Virus record (IMG/VR): IMGVR_UViG_2617270978_000019 | Direction: 5' to 3' (one strand) | DNA: 17,042 bases | Source: a virus | Taxonomy: Duplodnaviria; Heunggongvirae; Uroviricota; Caudoviricetes | Shown: positions 16,623 to 17,042 of the stretch, piece after piece | How positions within the stretch are numbered: the first letter of the stretch is position 1 | Layout of the letters: each line of letters opens with the position of its first letter | Translations under genes and position numbers: made by a program | The notes under the pieces: model-generated | What the model saw: only the letters and a program-made list of their open reading frames with translations | Database searches by the model: none | Told to the model about the DNA's origin: nothing

Positions 16623-17042
16623 TGAACCGCCCCGGGTTTCCTGGAGAGTGTTTTATCTGTGAATTCAGGCTGCCAGATCATCGTTTCCGATGGAAGCATA
16701 ATAAGCTTTTTCTGCTTCTGCCGGGGGGATATGGCCCAGCCTTTCCAGCAATCGTCGATTGTTATACCAGTCCACCCACGTGAGTGTGGCCAGCTCCACT
16801 TCTGTCCGGTTTTTCCAGCTCTTACGGTGTATTACCTCCGCTTTGTAAAGACCATTGATGCTCTCCGCCATCGCGTTGTCATACGAGTCGCCTGTACTTC
16901 CTGTTGATGCCAGTAATCCGGCTTCCTTAAGCCGCTGTGTGTAGGCCAGCGATACATACTGAGAACCTTTATCACTGTGATGGACCGTGCCGGACGGTCG
17001 ACGGGCCCATAACGCCTGCTCCAGTGCATCCAGCACGAATGT
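16623..17042 (-). mobile_element. IS3-family insertion sequence, terminal portion (IS629-like end); continues beyond window
   Basis: Terminal sequence TGAACCGCCCCGGGTTTCCTGGAGAGTG begins 9 bp after the ninB stop; encodes the C-terminal part of a DDE transposase. Confidence 0.75.
16665..17042 (-). CDS. IS3-family transposase OrfB, C-terminal part (5-prime end outside window)
   Basis: Translation contains the integrase-core region HSDKGSQY...DNAMAESINGLYKAEVI with the conserved catalytic E. Confidence 0.8.
   Translation of the reverse strand, partial: TFVLDALEQALWARRPSGTVHHSDKGSQYVSLAYTQRLKEAGLLASTGSTGDSYDNAMAESINGLYKAEVIHRKSWKNRTEVELATLTWVDWYNNRRLLERLGHIPPAEAEKAYYASIGNDDLAA

Larger units (their letters stand above)
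1331..17042. mobile_element. Lambda-like prophage (left end through early/replication region; continues beyond window)
   Basis: attL followed by int, xis, exo, bet, gam, CI-type repressor, cro-like, O, P, ren in canonical lambda order and orientation. Confidence 0.93.

Noticed and set aside
16174-16907. Alternative-frame and antisense ORFs over ninB and the IS end
   Set aside because: Overlap better-supported genes; the one inside the IS is antisense to the transposase

Overview
This window is the left junction and early region of a lambda-like prophage integrated at the lambda attB site next to ybhC. All calls rest on reading the sequence and ORF track and on remembered protein families; no database search was run. 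From left to right: ybhC (host), attL with the lambda core GCTTTTTTATACTAA and P-arm, then lambda-type int and xis. A minus-strand accessory block follows (a TGT-fold protein, a zinc-ribbon protein, an Ea22-like protein and a TraR/DksA-type zinc finger), then the Red module exo-bet-gam. The immunity region has a CI-type HTH/S24 repressor flanked by OL/PL and OR/PR/PRM with repeated AAAACAAC half-sites, then cro-like, a 179-aa protein in the cII position, and replication genes O (with internal iterons), P and ren. After ren the usual nin genes are replaced by a lower-GC cargo block: emrE, the large serine recombinase ybcK, and two orphan ORFs. A NinB-family gene and the end of an IS3-family element close the window. 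The most notable points are the stand-alone TGT-fold (DpdA-like) gene, the absence of any N, rex, cIII or sieB coding capacity between the repressor and the recombination module despite intrinsic terminators further along the leftward operon, and the uncharacterised membrane-anchored 169-aa protein in the cargo block.
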